64,000 nucleotides of DNA from Methyloligellaceae bacterium. GTDB lineage: Bacteria > Pseudomonadota > Alphaproteobacteria > Rhizobiales > Methyloligellaceae. Of the stretch, positions 39,933 through 48,990 are shown in pieces. The notes under the pieces are model-generated. The model did not search any database and was not told the origin of the DNA. It saw only the letters and a program-made list of their open reading frames with translations. The stretch spans positions 242,371 to 306,370 of the forward strand of contig CBDDHT010000001.1 in assembly GCA_965228615.1 (NCBI GenBank), read 5' to 3'. The position numbers and the translations under genes were made by a program. The number at the start of each line of letters is the position of its first letter. Position 1 is the stretch's first letter.

Positions 39933-41555
39933 CTACGCCCGTGCGATCCAGTCGTTGAGCGTCCCGGTATCGCTCATGTCGATCCGTATGAGTGCGCCAT
40001 GCGGGCAGGCTCGCTGACATGCCGGTCCGTTGGTCTGCCCGGCGCAAAAATCGCACTTGGTAGCGCGGAGAATTTGCGAACCGTCCGTATCAATATGCCG
40101 TGTCCCGTTGGCGTCGCGGACGGCTTCCATCCGGATATTGCCGTAGGGGCAATTGCTTGCGCAGGTTGCACAGCCGACGCACGATGCGTCATCGATTACG
40201 ACACCGCCGCCGTCGGTTGCCCGCTGGATCGCGCCGGTCGGGCATCCAATCAGGCAGACCGGGTCGACACAGTGCATGCAGGCATTCGCAATCATGAGGT
40301 TTCCATGCGTTGGGCCGTGCCGGACAAAGCGCGGAAAACCGGCATGGGTCGCGGCGCAGGCCCGCACGCAATCGTCGCAGTCCACGCATCGGGTGGTATC
40401 GATCGCCATTGCCCGCGTTCCATTGACGAAGCGGTTGTCGACGAAGAAGTCCATCATGGGCTGGGGAAGGTTTGACCTCTCGCTCGCTGACTGCCGCGAT
40501 CTTTGACGGTCATTGGATCTCGACGTGCCGGTTGTCTCAAGAATTGGCTCGGCGACCGGGCCCGGTATGCGAATGACGTTGGCAAAACCCATCGCCCTGA
40601 GACTGTGCGGTGCGCGCGGCGCGTCGATCGACAGTCGGCTTGTAGCGATTTCGTCGTGTCCGAATATCTCGCCCGCTTTCAGATAACCCGTCGTTCTCTC
40701 GCCATTTCCGAAGGGCTGACTGAGCCGCGCAAACCCGGCTTGGAGAAGGAGAATATCATCGAGATAGTGTCCCTGCTCGACGATCATGGGTTCGCTGTTC
40801 AAGATTGCAGACCGGGCATCATTGTCTTGCCGCGCGCGCTGGAATATGTGCGACCAGCTGAAGTCACCGTAGGTCTCGACACGGCAGAAACCGGCAATAG
40901 TTTCCAGGGTATCGTCGTTGACGTCTGCCAATTGCAACCATGACCGCAGACCGCTTCTGAGGCTGCGCTCGCGGTAGTGTCGATCAATGACGGTCCGGAA
41001 AGATGCGGACCAGTCGCGAAGGTCGCGAAGTGCAGCCCAGCGCAGCTCCAGCAGTTCGGTCCGGTCCTCCGCGACGACCATCGTATGGCTCCGAGGACTT
41101 CTCGTCATCGCCTCGGTGACACCGAAAACCTCGCTCGCGGCCACGATGTCCTGGGACTGTTGTCCGGTGGGTCTCGACGCTGGCCCAGTGGGCTTCGGCT
41201 GCTTCCAGACTTGTTTGATCTGCAGCCAGGTCTTTTTCTCGCTCGCAGTTTCCTGGGGAACGTCATTCGTTTTGAGAAAGGGAGACAAGCGCTCAACCGA
41301 TCCGCGCAGAACAAGAAATACCGAATTGCCATAGTTGCCCTGTCGAAAGACAACGTCTCCCTTTGATGCGCGCAAGACACGCGTATCGTTGGCCAGGATA
41401 TGATCGAGCGGAAGATCGGCCGGAAAATCATCGCCATCGACCTCACTGAACAGAGGCAATCTTCTGAGTTGAGCGACATCTCTCGCCGACAACGGCGCAT
41501 GACCGTACGGTTGATCCCAGCGGCGCGGCCGTCTGACGATGCGGGCTTGAGCCAT
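39933..41555 (-). CDS. two cyclic-nucleotide-binding domains fused to a 4x[4Fe-4S] ferredoxin (NrfC/DmsB-like) domain
   Basis: cNMP-binding-like segments (VVFRQGNYGNSVFLVLRGSV.. ; ..GYLKAGEIFGHDEI). C-terminal CVDCDDCVRAC, CMHCVDPVCLIGCP, CVGCATCASNCP and CDFC..CQRACP. No Tat signal. Confidence 0.75.
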   Translation of the reverse strand: MAQARIVRRPRRWDQPYGHAPLSARDVAQLRRLPLFSEVDGDDFPADLPLDHILANDTRVLRASKGDVVFRQGNYGNSVFLVLRGSVERLSPFLKTNDVPQETASEKKTWLQIKQVWKQPKPTGPASRPTGQQSQDIVAASEVFGVTEAMTRSPRSHTMVVAEDRTELLELRWAALRDLRDWSASFRTVIDRHYRERSLRSGLRSWLQLADVNDDTLETIAGFCRVETYGDFSWSHIFQRARQDNDARSAILNSEPMIVEQGHYLDDILLLQAGFARLSQPFGNGERTTGYLKAGEIFGHDEIATSRLSIDAPRAPHSLRAMGFANVIRIPGPVAEPILETTGTSRSNDRQRSRQSASERSNLPQPMMDFFVDNRFVNGTRAMAIDTTRCVDCDDCVRACAATHAGFPRFVRHGPTHGNLMIANACMHCVDPVCLIGCPTGAIQRATDGGGVVIDDASCVGCATCASNCPYGNIRMEAVRDANGTRHIDTDGSQILRATKCDFCAGQTNGPACQRACPHGALIRIDMSDTGTLNDWIARA

Positions 41556-41780
41556 TTTCCCTCCTAGATGCTTTGTTCCCGACGGGTCGGCCGCTGCCGT
41601 TCAAACGTTGGGAAAATTAGGGAGATGAGACTCGCGTGATGCACCCTTCGTGCACCCCGCTATTCTCTCACTCTAGCAATATCTATAGGTCCTTCTTTGG
41701 CCGCTTTGCGTGATTGCAGAGACCATAGTGGGGCAACAAATGGATCGACCCATGCCTGTCATGCATTGTGCCTGTCACGT

Positions 41781-42830
41781 CTATTTCACAGGCTTGCCTT
41801 TGTATTTCTTCGGAAGCGGAACGAGAGCGTCGATGCCCGCAAACCTCTTGCCGTCATATTTCGCGACGATCGTCAAAGCCTGCTCTGCAATCTTGTCGGC
41901 CGCCGCGGACAAAGCTTTGTTGTTGTTGAGTTTTAGTCCGGCCGATTTCGAAATGCCGACGATCGTGGCCAGCTCCGGGACATTGGGGAGCGCCTGGGAT
42001 ACGGCGGCCATCTTCTTGCGAGCGGCGGCCGCCCGGCGCGCCATCTTCACCGCGTAGGATTTGCGCTCGGTCGCCACGCCGACCGCGCGCAGGGCCGTCT
42101 CGAGTTCGACGGCAACGCCTATGATATAGAGCATGCGTTTTCGGCCGGGACTGGCTTTCGTATTCGACTTGCCTTTGGAGTACCAAAGGTTGTGTCTCAC
42201 TTCACCTTGAGACCAGGAGACGAGTTCGAATTCGCTTCCAGCCGGATGGCCGCCGACATTGACCAGCTTTTCCTGCGGGACCACATGGCAGCCATAGCAG
42301 TTCTTCGCGAGCGCATAGGTGGCGCTCGGCCGGATCATGCCGAGTTTTTCCGATTTCTTCCAACGTGATTTCGCTTCGGCCTTGCTCTCGGTTTCTTTCT
42401 TCTTACCGCTAAACTCGCTGTGAAGCTTCTCCCAATCCTTGCCGCCGCCGTGACAGGATTCGCAGGAGATGCCGGCAATTGTCTTTTTTCTTTTGCCGGT
42501 TTTCTGCGTCGTGAAATGACAGTTCAGGCAGAGACTTTTCGCTTTGATGCGCTTGATGCCCATTTTCTTGGCAATGCGCGAAGCTTCCTTGTTTCGCGGC
42601 ATCTCGCGGAAAGTCTTGAAGTGGTGTGTGCCGCGCCAAACGGTCGTCTCCTCCTTGTGACACTCGCCACAGGCATTAGGGCCGGTGACCTTGGTCGGAT
42701 CGGTATCCGATCGCGCAAGGGCGAGTGGTGCAAACTCGAAATTTGCCCCCCAAAGCATGAGATGTAGAAGCAGTATCGTGATCGTCGATAGACTTGATTT
42801 CGTAAGACCCAATGCCATGTCTCTCTTCAT
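41781..42830 (-). CDS. secreted tetrahaem c-type cytochrome
   Basis: Signal peptide (SLSTITILLLHLMLWG..ALA). Four CXXCH motifs (CGECH, CLNCH, CESCH, CYGCH). Confidence 0.8.
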   Translation of the reverse strand: MKRDMALGLTKSSLSTITILLLHLMLWGANFEFAPLALARSDTDPTKVTGPNACGECHKEETTVWRGTHHFKTFREMPRNKEASRIAKKMGIKRIKAKSLCLNCHFTTQKTGKRKKTIAGISCESCHGGGKDWEKLHSEFSGKKKETESKAEAKSRWKKSEKLGMIRPSATYALAKNCYGCHVVPQEKLVNVGGHPAGSEFELVSWSQGEVRHNLWYSKGKSNTKASPGRKRMLYIIGVAVELETALRAVGVATERKSYAVKMARRAAAARKKMAAVSQALPNVPELATIVGISKSAGLKLNNNKALSAAADKIAEQALTIVAKYDGKRFAGIDALVPLPKKYKGKPVK

Positions 42831-43428
42831 GTTGCCGTCGCAGAATGTGTTACTGACCGGGGGCTATCACGCCACTCGGCTGCGAAATATCGTTCTGTTT
42901 CAAGGCACTGAGACGAGACGGTTTTCGGTTGTGGGCTTGACGGTGAACGCTGATCAGGCCTTTCCGCCAAGCGACCACAACCAGGCACGGGGCACATGGT
43001 TTGTGCAGGTGCAAGGACAGTTGCCCCGAGCCGAACCGAGTCGTGCCGAACCGAAGCTCGAAACGAGAATCCCCTGCGCCCGATAAAGGCACCGGTGCAT
43101 CTCGTCAGCACGCTATGTCGAACGATAGATTTGTGGCGCCTGGCTGAACTCTTGTGGTTGCAGCAGGTTCATGCCGGCGCTGTGACTTCCACCAAATGCG
43201 TTGCGCAAATCCCTCCAGAGCTTTGGAGCCGTGCCGTCTCTCAATTCATTTCGGGAGTTTTTGCTCCCCGGTTTTCGTTGCCGCGGCACGGCGTTGCGCA
43301 CGCGCTTGCCTCGTCGTCTGCGGCAGTTGAAGCCTATCGCGAGAATGTGGCGTCAAACCGGCTTGTCATAGATGATTTCTATACAACGAAAGGCGACTTT
43401 CAGACGCGGAGTTGGAGGGCAGCAATAT

Positions 43429-44382
43429 CTATGAATTCTGCTGTCTCTGATGCTGGGTAAAGGCGAGCGTGGCCAATGCAAAATCTGCCGGCGCGTAACC
43501 GCGATATATGAATGCCGTGCGATCGTTCTTACAGTTTCGCCCGGCAATCTCATTCTGTATGAGTCCTTCGACATCGCCATGGACGAGATCGGCAGGCGCA
43601 AGCTTGTCCTTCATGACGGCTTCCTGGGCCATGTCGTCGATGACGATCCGGTCGAAGGTCGAAAGGCTGTCGGTTACCCAGGGGTCGCCAAGGTCGGTCA
43701 GGGCGGCAAAGGCGCCGGATTTGATCGACGATGCATCGACAAAGGGCGTGCGACCGGGAACACGCGTGATCGCGCTAACGACCAAGTCTGCCTCTCGGAG
43801 AGTGTCACCGGGTGTTTCGGCAGTCGTGTAGTCGAGGCCGAGCGCGTTAGCTGTATCTCTCAACGCGGCGATATTCGTTTGCCCGCGACCGAAAGCGACC
43901 ACGGATTCGATCGGCAGGAATTCGCAAAACGCTGCGAGATGGTTTCTTGCCTGGACGCCGCAACCAATGAAGGCGATGACACGGGCGTCCGGTGATGCCA
44001 TGCGCCTGGCGGCAACAGTACTCAGGGCTGCCGTTCGCTTCGCGGTGATCCAGTTGCCTTCGAGAAGAGCGAGCGGAATGCCGGTCTCACTATCCTGCAG
44101 TGTCACGATCGAATTCATCAGCGGGTGACCCTGCTCGGGATTCCTTGGATTGAGCAGAAGCGATTTGGTCGCCAGATAGGGAGGATCGTCGGCGACCGCC
44201 ATTGTCGACATCACGTAGCGACCGTCGGGGGTCGTAAAGGATGCTTTCGGCGCGCTCCAGGCCTGAGAGCTCGCACGGGCATGGATCGTTTTTTCGATTT
44301 CATCGGCGATTTCGCTGAACGACAGATTGAGCGCCGAAAGAACCTCTTCCGAGAGATAGGGGACGCTTTCGGGCTCGGCCAT
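43429..44382 (-). CDS. ornithine cyclodeaminase/mu-crystallin family protein
   Basis: Rossmann segment VIAFIGCGVQARNH and the overall length/layout of the OCD family. Confidence 0.75.
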   Translation of the reverse strand: MAEPESVPYLSEEVLSALNLSFSEIADEIEKTIHARASSQAWSAPKASFTTPDGRYVMSTMAVADDPPYLATKSLLLNPRNPEQGHPLMNSIVTLQDSETGIPLALLEGNWITAKRTAALSTVAARRMASPDARVIAFIGCGVQARNHLAAFCEFLPIESVVAFGRGQTNIAALRDTANALGLDYTTAETPGDTLREADLVVSAITRVPGRTPFVDASSIKSGAFAALTDLGDPWVTDSLSTFDRIVIDDMAQEAVMKDKLAPADLVHGDVEGLIQNEIAGRNCKNDRTAFIYRGYAPADFALATLAFTQHQRQQNS

Positions 44383-44483
44383 GTGTCGTTTCCGCAGATT
44401 GGGTCAGGAACGCAATAATGCCATAAGAGCACAGCTCGCAAGTGCAATGAGATAAATGCACAGTGGTTGGGGATGGGAACGCT

Positions 44484-46160
44484 ATGGAACCGATGCGCAA
44501 TGCCGAACTCATACTGACAAACGCGAAAATCGCGACACTCGATTCCGACGATCGCATTGCTTCTGCCCTCGCTATCGCGGACGGCCGGTTTCTCGCAGTC
44601 GGCAGCGATACCGAAATCGAAAACCTGGCGACATCCGCTACGCGCAGAATCGATGTTTCGGGCAAGCTCGTCGTTCCGGGGCTCATTGACGGCCATGCTC
44701 ATATGGACCGGGAAGGCCTCAAGGATGTGCTGCCGTCATTGTCGGGCTGCGTATCTATCGCCGATATTCTGGCTCGGATCGCAGAGCTGGCATTGCGGAC
44801 ACCGCCTGGCGAGTGGATCGTCACCATGCCGATCGGTGAGCCGCCCTTTTATGAAGGCGTGCCGGATAATCTGGCGGAGAAACGCGTTCCGACCCGCCAG
44901 GAACTGGACAGTGTCGCACCCGACCATCCGGTCTATATCCGTCCGATCTGGGGCCATTGGCGCAACACGCTTCCGCTCGTGTCCATTGCCAACTCGCTTG
45001 CCCTGGAACGTGCCGGGATCACACGCGATACGCAGGTGCCGGTGCCGTCGATCCAGATCGACAAGGATCTGGCAACCGGCGAGCCGAACGGGATCTTCTA
45101 CGAGTTCACCTACAAGCCGATTGTCGAAAAGACGCTGATGAACTGCATCCCGCGTTTTACGCTGGATGATCGGATTGCAGGCCTCAGACGCTCCATGGCT
45201 GTCTATAACGGATATGGCACCACGAGCGTGTTCGAAGGCCATGGCATCGCCGGCGAGGTCTTTGCGGCCTACCAGCATCTGCGCGAGGAGGGCCCGCTCC
45301 CCGTCCGCGCCTCGCTGATGTTCAGCCCGGCATGGTCGTCGACGGACAAGGAGACGGTTCTCGATTTCCTGGTCGACTGGACACGCTGGCTGGCACGCCG
45401 CGGTCTCGGTGACGACTATCTGCGGATGGCGGGCATGTACACCGAGTCCGATTACTCCGAGGAGAACCGCCTTCGCGCGCTTTGCGGTCCCTACACCGGA
45501 TGGGCCGGTTTCAACTTCGACAGTTGCCTGCCGGAAGACGTCATGCTCGAAATGATGGTCGAGGCCGCGCGCAATGGCATCCGCATCGGCTCGTTCTCGC
45601 CGCGCATTCTCGATTTGTACGAGAGCGTCAACAAACGTGCCCCGATCGACGACCAGCGCTGGCTGATCGAACATGTCGGCATCTTCTCAGAGGATGAAAT
45701 CAAGCGCGTGCGCGACCTCGGCCTAGTCTTGCAGGCCTATTCCAGCAAATGGATTGTGCAGGATGGGGAGGGGCTGAGGGCGGACCTTGGCGATAACGGC
45801 GTGGAGCGTGTCCTGCCGCTTCGCGATCTGATCGAGGCCGGAATCCATGTGTCGCTCGCAACCGACAATGTGCCGCCGACAATGTTCGAGCCGATCTCAC
45901 ACGCCGTGTCGCGCAAGACCGATGCCGGCAAGATGCTTGGGCCGGGCCAGCGCGTCAGCCGGATGGAAGCGCTCGCCTGTGCAAGCAAAGAGGGAGCCTG
46001 GCTCAGTTTCGAGGAAGATCAAAAAGGCACCATCGAAACCGGGAAGCTTGCCGATCTCGCAATCCTGTCCGACGATCTGCTGGAGACGGAAGAGGAGAAT
46101 ATCCCGGACATTTGCGCTGATCTGACGGTAACGGGCGGTGCTGTCACCTTTGAGCGGTGA
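44484..46160 (+). CDS. metal-dependent amidohydrolase (amidohydrolase-3-like)
   Basis: N-terminal HxH motif PGLIDGHAHMD and C-terminal ..SLATDNVP. The ATG at 44484 (MEPMRNAELIL) is preferred over the GTG at 44463. Confidence 0.8.
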   Translation: MEPMRNAELILTNAKIATLDSDDRIASALAIADGRFLAVGSDTEIENLATSATRRIDVSGKLVVPGLIDGHAHMDREGLKDVLPSLSGCVSIADILARIAELALRTPPGEWIVTMPIGEPPFYEGVPDNLAEKRVPTRQELDSVAPDHPVYIRPIWGHWRNTLPLVSIANSLALERAGITRDTQVPVPSIQIDKDLATGEPNGIFYEFTYKPIVEKTLMNCIPRFTLDDRIAGLRRSMAVYNGYGTTSVFEGHGIAGEVFAAYQHLREEGPLPVRASLMFSPAWSSTDKETVLDFLVDWTRWLARRGLGDDYLRMAGMYTESDYSEENRLRALCGPYTGWAGFNFDSCLPEDVMLEMMVEAARNGIRIGSFSPRILDLYESVNKRAPIDDQRWLIEHVGIFSEDEIKRVRDLGLVLQAYSSKWIVQDGEGLRADLGDNGVERVLPLRDLIEAGIHVSLATDNVPPTMFEPISHAVSRKTDAGKMLGPGQRVSRMEALACASKEGAWLSFEEDQKGTIETGKLADLAILSDDLLETEEENIPDICADLTVTGGAVTFER

Positions 46161-46559
46161 GCACGACGTTCGTGGAAGTGATTGTCTTGGCCCGTGACGG
46201 TTGCGATCTGCCGGTATCGCTTTGGTACCGTCACACTTGGCGCCGCTACTCGTTCGGTAGCTTAATGCTCCAAGCACTCATTTAGACGCAGTGCGGGAGG
46301 GGCTGGAAGGGGGGTTGGGTTATCCCGCGGTCAAGCGCCTACAAGGGGAAGGTAGGCGGGGTTTCCTAACACTTCGTTAGGATCGTCCCGATGCCGGCGG
46401 CGAAGAAGGACAAGTCCAGAATCCCTTGCCAATCGCCCATAGCAAGGTCCCGGACTTGATCCGGGACCCAGTGCCAAATCCCGGATTGTGCGCGCTCGCC
46501 CCGGGGGCCCGCATCAAGTGCGGGACGTCTCTCTCAGATGTGCTCGAAAGCAGGAAGCT

Positions 46560-47087
46560 CTAGCCGGCCTGACGAATGGCCGAGAGGATATCTTGCATCG
46601 CATCGCGAGCCAGTGCCTCGAGCTCATCGCCCGTCCGGTTCTGGATCGGGTGTTCCAGCCATACAATGGCGGGCTGAAAGCCGAGCGTCTTGCTTTGCGC
46701 ATCGACCGCGCTTTCGAACTCGGTCGTCACCACGAAGCAGCCGGGCAGACCGCGCGCGTCCATTTCTTGTATGTCATGCAGACCGCACGACGTGCAGGAG
46801 CCTCAATCGGCGAGGGCTTGGACGACGACGTCCGTCTCTTTCGCGATTTGCGCGAGGAGCGCCGGATCGGCGACCTTGGCATTGGTCGGCTTGGCGTAGC
46901 GCCGCGTGTCGATGCCGCGCTCGCCCAGGAGACGCTCGACATGATCGAGGAAGTCGTCGCTGCGGGTCTTGCCGATATCCATGAGAGCGACAGTCTTGCC
47001 CTCAAGCGTCTCGGGCGGTTGACGGCGGGGCCTTTCGAGAGGCGCGTCTTCCGCCGTCGGGTCGTAGAGTTTTGTCGTGCTGCTCAC
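46560..47087 (-). CDS. UGSC-type selenoprotein (in-frame TGA at 46803..46805 read as selenocysteine)
   Basis: The two ORF-track pieces (46803..47087 and 46560..46763) are in the same frame and are separated only by TGA plus 13 sense codons. The junction reads ..VVQALAD-U-GSCTSCGLHD. A SECIS-like hairpin follows. GTG start with GGGAG 8 nt upstream, overlapping the upstream stop (GTGA). Confidence 0.7.
46773..46791 (-). other. SECIS-like hairpin GUCGUGC-GGUCU-GCAUGAC
   Basis: A 7-bp stem (one G-U pair) with a 5-nt loop, starting 11 nt after the UGA. The loop GGUCU occupies positions 22-26 counted from the U of UGA, the same as in the E. coli fdhF SECIS as I recall it. Confidence 0.65.
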
Positions 47088-48523
47088 AATATAATCTCCC
47101 GCGTAACAGGTTGGAGTTCATCTTTATTGCGCCCGCCGATCCAGCCGGCCATGATGCCGGAAAAGAGCCCGGCGGGTCCTCCGGCACGGACGATGAGAAG
47201 CCCGTCCCGGTGGAACTTGGGCAGCATCTCGTCCGCGCAGCTTTCCGGCATGCCTTCGCCAACACCGTTCGCGCCCTGAACCAGATCCCGCCCCGGGCGC
47301 AGGAGCGCATCATACAATTCTTTGCTGATCTGCGCCCTGTCCCAGCCTGCATTTCGATAGATCGCATAATGCTCAGGCGACAAGACCAGGACAGCGTTGC
47401 ACCACTCGCAAAGTTTTGGATGCACGACCGCGGCGAGCGACATGGCAAGCGAGCGGGTCAACTCTTCCGGCGTTCGCGAACGCTGATCCACAAAGCCCTG
47501 CACCCCGTCGCCCTGAAAGAGTGTAATGGCGCTCTTTCCCGGCGCGATCCCGCGCGACACCGAGAGCGGCTCCCATTCCGGATCGCTCTCATCCTCGGCG
47601 AAGCAGAAGGTATATTTGCCGGGTGTTCCTAGCCCCGCCCGGTCGATTTCTCCAGGCCGCCCGCCGCCAATATTGCGAACGATCAGGTTCAGGGCGCGTC
47701 CGATCGTAGCGTTGGCGCGATTGCCCTGCCCAAGCGCGTTGAAGCCGCCATTCATCCCGATCGAACGGGCGATGGGTCCGTTGACGATGATAATGGGACT
47801 ACAAGGTGCTGTTGAGCAGGTCAGCCCATGAAGCGTGAACATCGGGTCGAGCGCCGTTTCGACCGCGGCGATCACAACGGGAAAATACTCAGGCTTGCAT
47901 CCGGCCATGACAGCATTGATGGCGGCCTTCTCGACCGTTAGCGGTGCCAGGTTGGGCGGGATCATACCGATCACATCGTCCGGCGCACGGTTGGTCCCTG
48001 CAAGCATGCGCAAGAGTCGCGGCCCGGTCGGCGGCACCACCGGCAATCCATCGGTCCATCCGCGCTCGAAGGCCTGTTCGATCTCATCGTCATACTCGCC
48101 AATGTCGACCGAACGCGAGCGAAGCGGCAAGTTTCCGAACCGCGCCTGCAAGACCTCCTGCACGCCCGGATCGATATTCTTGGCGCCGCATCCCGGCTGG
48201 TTCTCCGGGAGATCGGCGCCGAGCTCGTCCTTGCCAAGGAAGTCGCGCCACTCGTTGCGGTTCCATCCGAACACACGGGCTGTTTCGTCCCCAGACGCAT
48301 CGAAACGGATCAATGTCGGAACGACTTCGACGCCGAGTTTGAATGAGGTTTCCAGCGTTCTGTCGTCAATAATGGAAGGTACGCCCTCAGGAAACGCCGG
48401 ATCGTCCTGGGAAATGATCTCAATGCCAGAGCCGTTTGCCGCGAGGTCGCGCAGAACCGGCACTACTAGTTGGCAGGTTGGGCAATCTTGTTTGACAACC
48501 GCGATCAGGCGTTCATTGGGCAT
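47084..48523 (-). CDS. thioredoxin-fold (CPTC) N-terminal domain fused to an uncharacterised ~350-aa conserved domain
   Basis: N-terminus MPNERLIAVVKQDCPTCQLVVPVLRDL (CxxC in a thioredoxin-like context). Translationally coupled to the selenoprotein gene. Confidence 0.7.
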   Translation of the reverse strand: MPNERLIAVVKQDCPTCQLVVPVLRDLAANGSGIEIISQDDPAFPEGVPSIIDDRTLETSFKLGVEVVPTLIRFDASGDETARVFGWNRNEWRDFLGKDELGADLPENQPGCGAKNIDPGVQEVLQARFGNLPLRSRSVDIGEYDDEIEQAFERGWTDGLPVVPPTGPRLLRMLAGTNRAPDDVIGMIPPNLAPLTVEKAAINAVMAGCKPEYFPVVIAAVETALDPMFTLHGLTCSTAPCSPIIIVNGPIARSIGMNGGFNALGQGNRANATIGRALNLIVRNIGGGRPGEIDRAGLGTPGKYTFCFAEDESDPEWEPLSVSRGIAPGKSAITLFQGDGVQGFVDQRSRTPEELTRSLAMSLAAVVHPKLCEWCNAVLVLSPEHYAIYRNAGWDRAQISKELYDALLRPGRDLVQGANGVGEGMPESCADEMLPKFHRDGLLIVRAGGPAGLFSGIMAGWIGGRNKDELQPVTREIIL

Positions 48524-48669
48524 GCGGCAACTATTGTAAGGTGAAGTTTATGGTGATCAGCACTGGTTGAAATGATTGTAGCCAAACAGGTCATTGGTTC
48601 AATGCAAACAAGTCATCCACTATGGGATATGAGCTTTCCGCCCTCTTTTCGAGGGGGAGGCGACGATTC

Positions 48670-48990
48670 AGCTATAATATCTCTCAATTCATAGTTTTGG
48701 TATGGCGAATTGGATTCAAGATGATTGGTCAAACTGGTCTTTCGGGTTGTGCTTGCGATCAATTTCACGTTGAAAATTGGTCATCTACTAGCTCGCACTA
48801 CATCACAAGGTGGGCTGCCGTTCTTGGACCGATCAGATCGCTTCAATGCCTTGCTCGACGGCTTGCGGAAGATCTCGAAATCCAATGAGGCCAGTAACCT
48901 CTCAAGTGGTTGGTCACCACAGCTCAATTGCTGCAAACGCTCATCAAGACGAAAAAGAATTTTAGGCTACCCCGCTATGGCCACGCCCAC
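48670..48990 (-). pseudogene. IS5-family transposase relic (N-terminal part only, with stops)
   Basis: The minus-strand translation ILFRLDERLQQLSCGDQPLERLLASLDFEIFRK..SDRSKNGSPPCDVV..* resembles the N-terminal domain of rhizobial IS5-family transposases (..GDPLERL..DFE.FR..GRPPYD..). This is recalled from memory. Confidence 0.55.

Noticed and set aside
39156-40475. 439-aa plus-strand ORF
   Set aside because: It is antisense to the membrane-protein and cNMP/4Fe-4S genes, whose frames show TM helices and four ferredoxin Cys motifs. The plus-strand product is Arg/Gly-rich with no motif.
42831-43428. ~600-bp gap with ORFs 42996..43460 (+) and others
   Set aside because: The translations are low-complexity Arg/Ala-rich without motifs. 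The region is more plausibly the promoter region of the tetrahaem cytochrome gene.
44736-45674. 312-aa minus-strand ORF
   Set aside because: It is antisense to the amidohydrolase gene (HxH motif, coherent domain). This is a typical GC-driven shadow ORF.
46803-46805. Reading the in-frame TGA as a pseudogenising nonsense mutation
   Set aside because: The downstream frame stays open to a normal stop. The UGA sits in a U-G-S-C redox-like motif, and a hairpin with the fdhF-type GGUCU loop is in the canonical register. Residual doubt remains until sel genes are found.
46488-47279. 263-aa plus-strand ORF
   Set aside because: It is antisense to the UGSC selenoprotein gene and the 3' end of the thioredoxin-fold gene. 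Its composition is typical of shadow ORFs.
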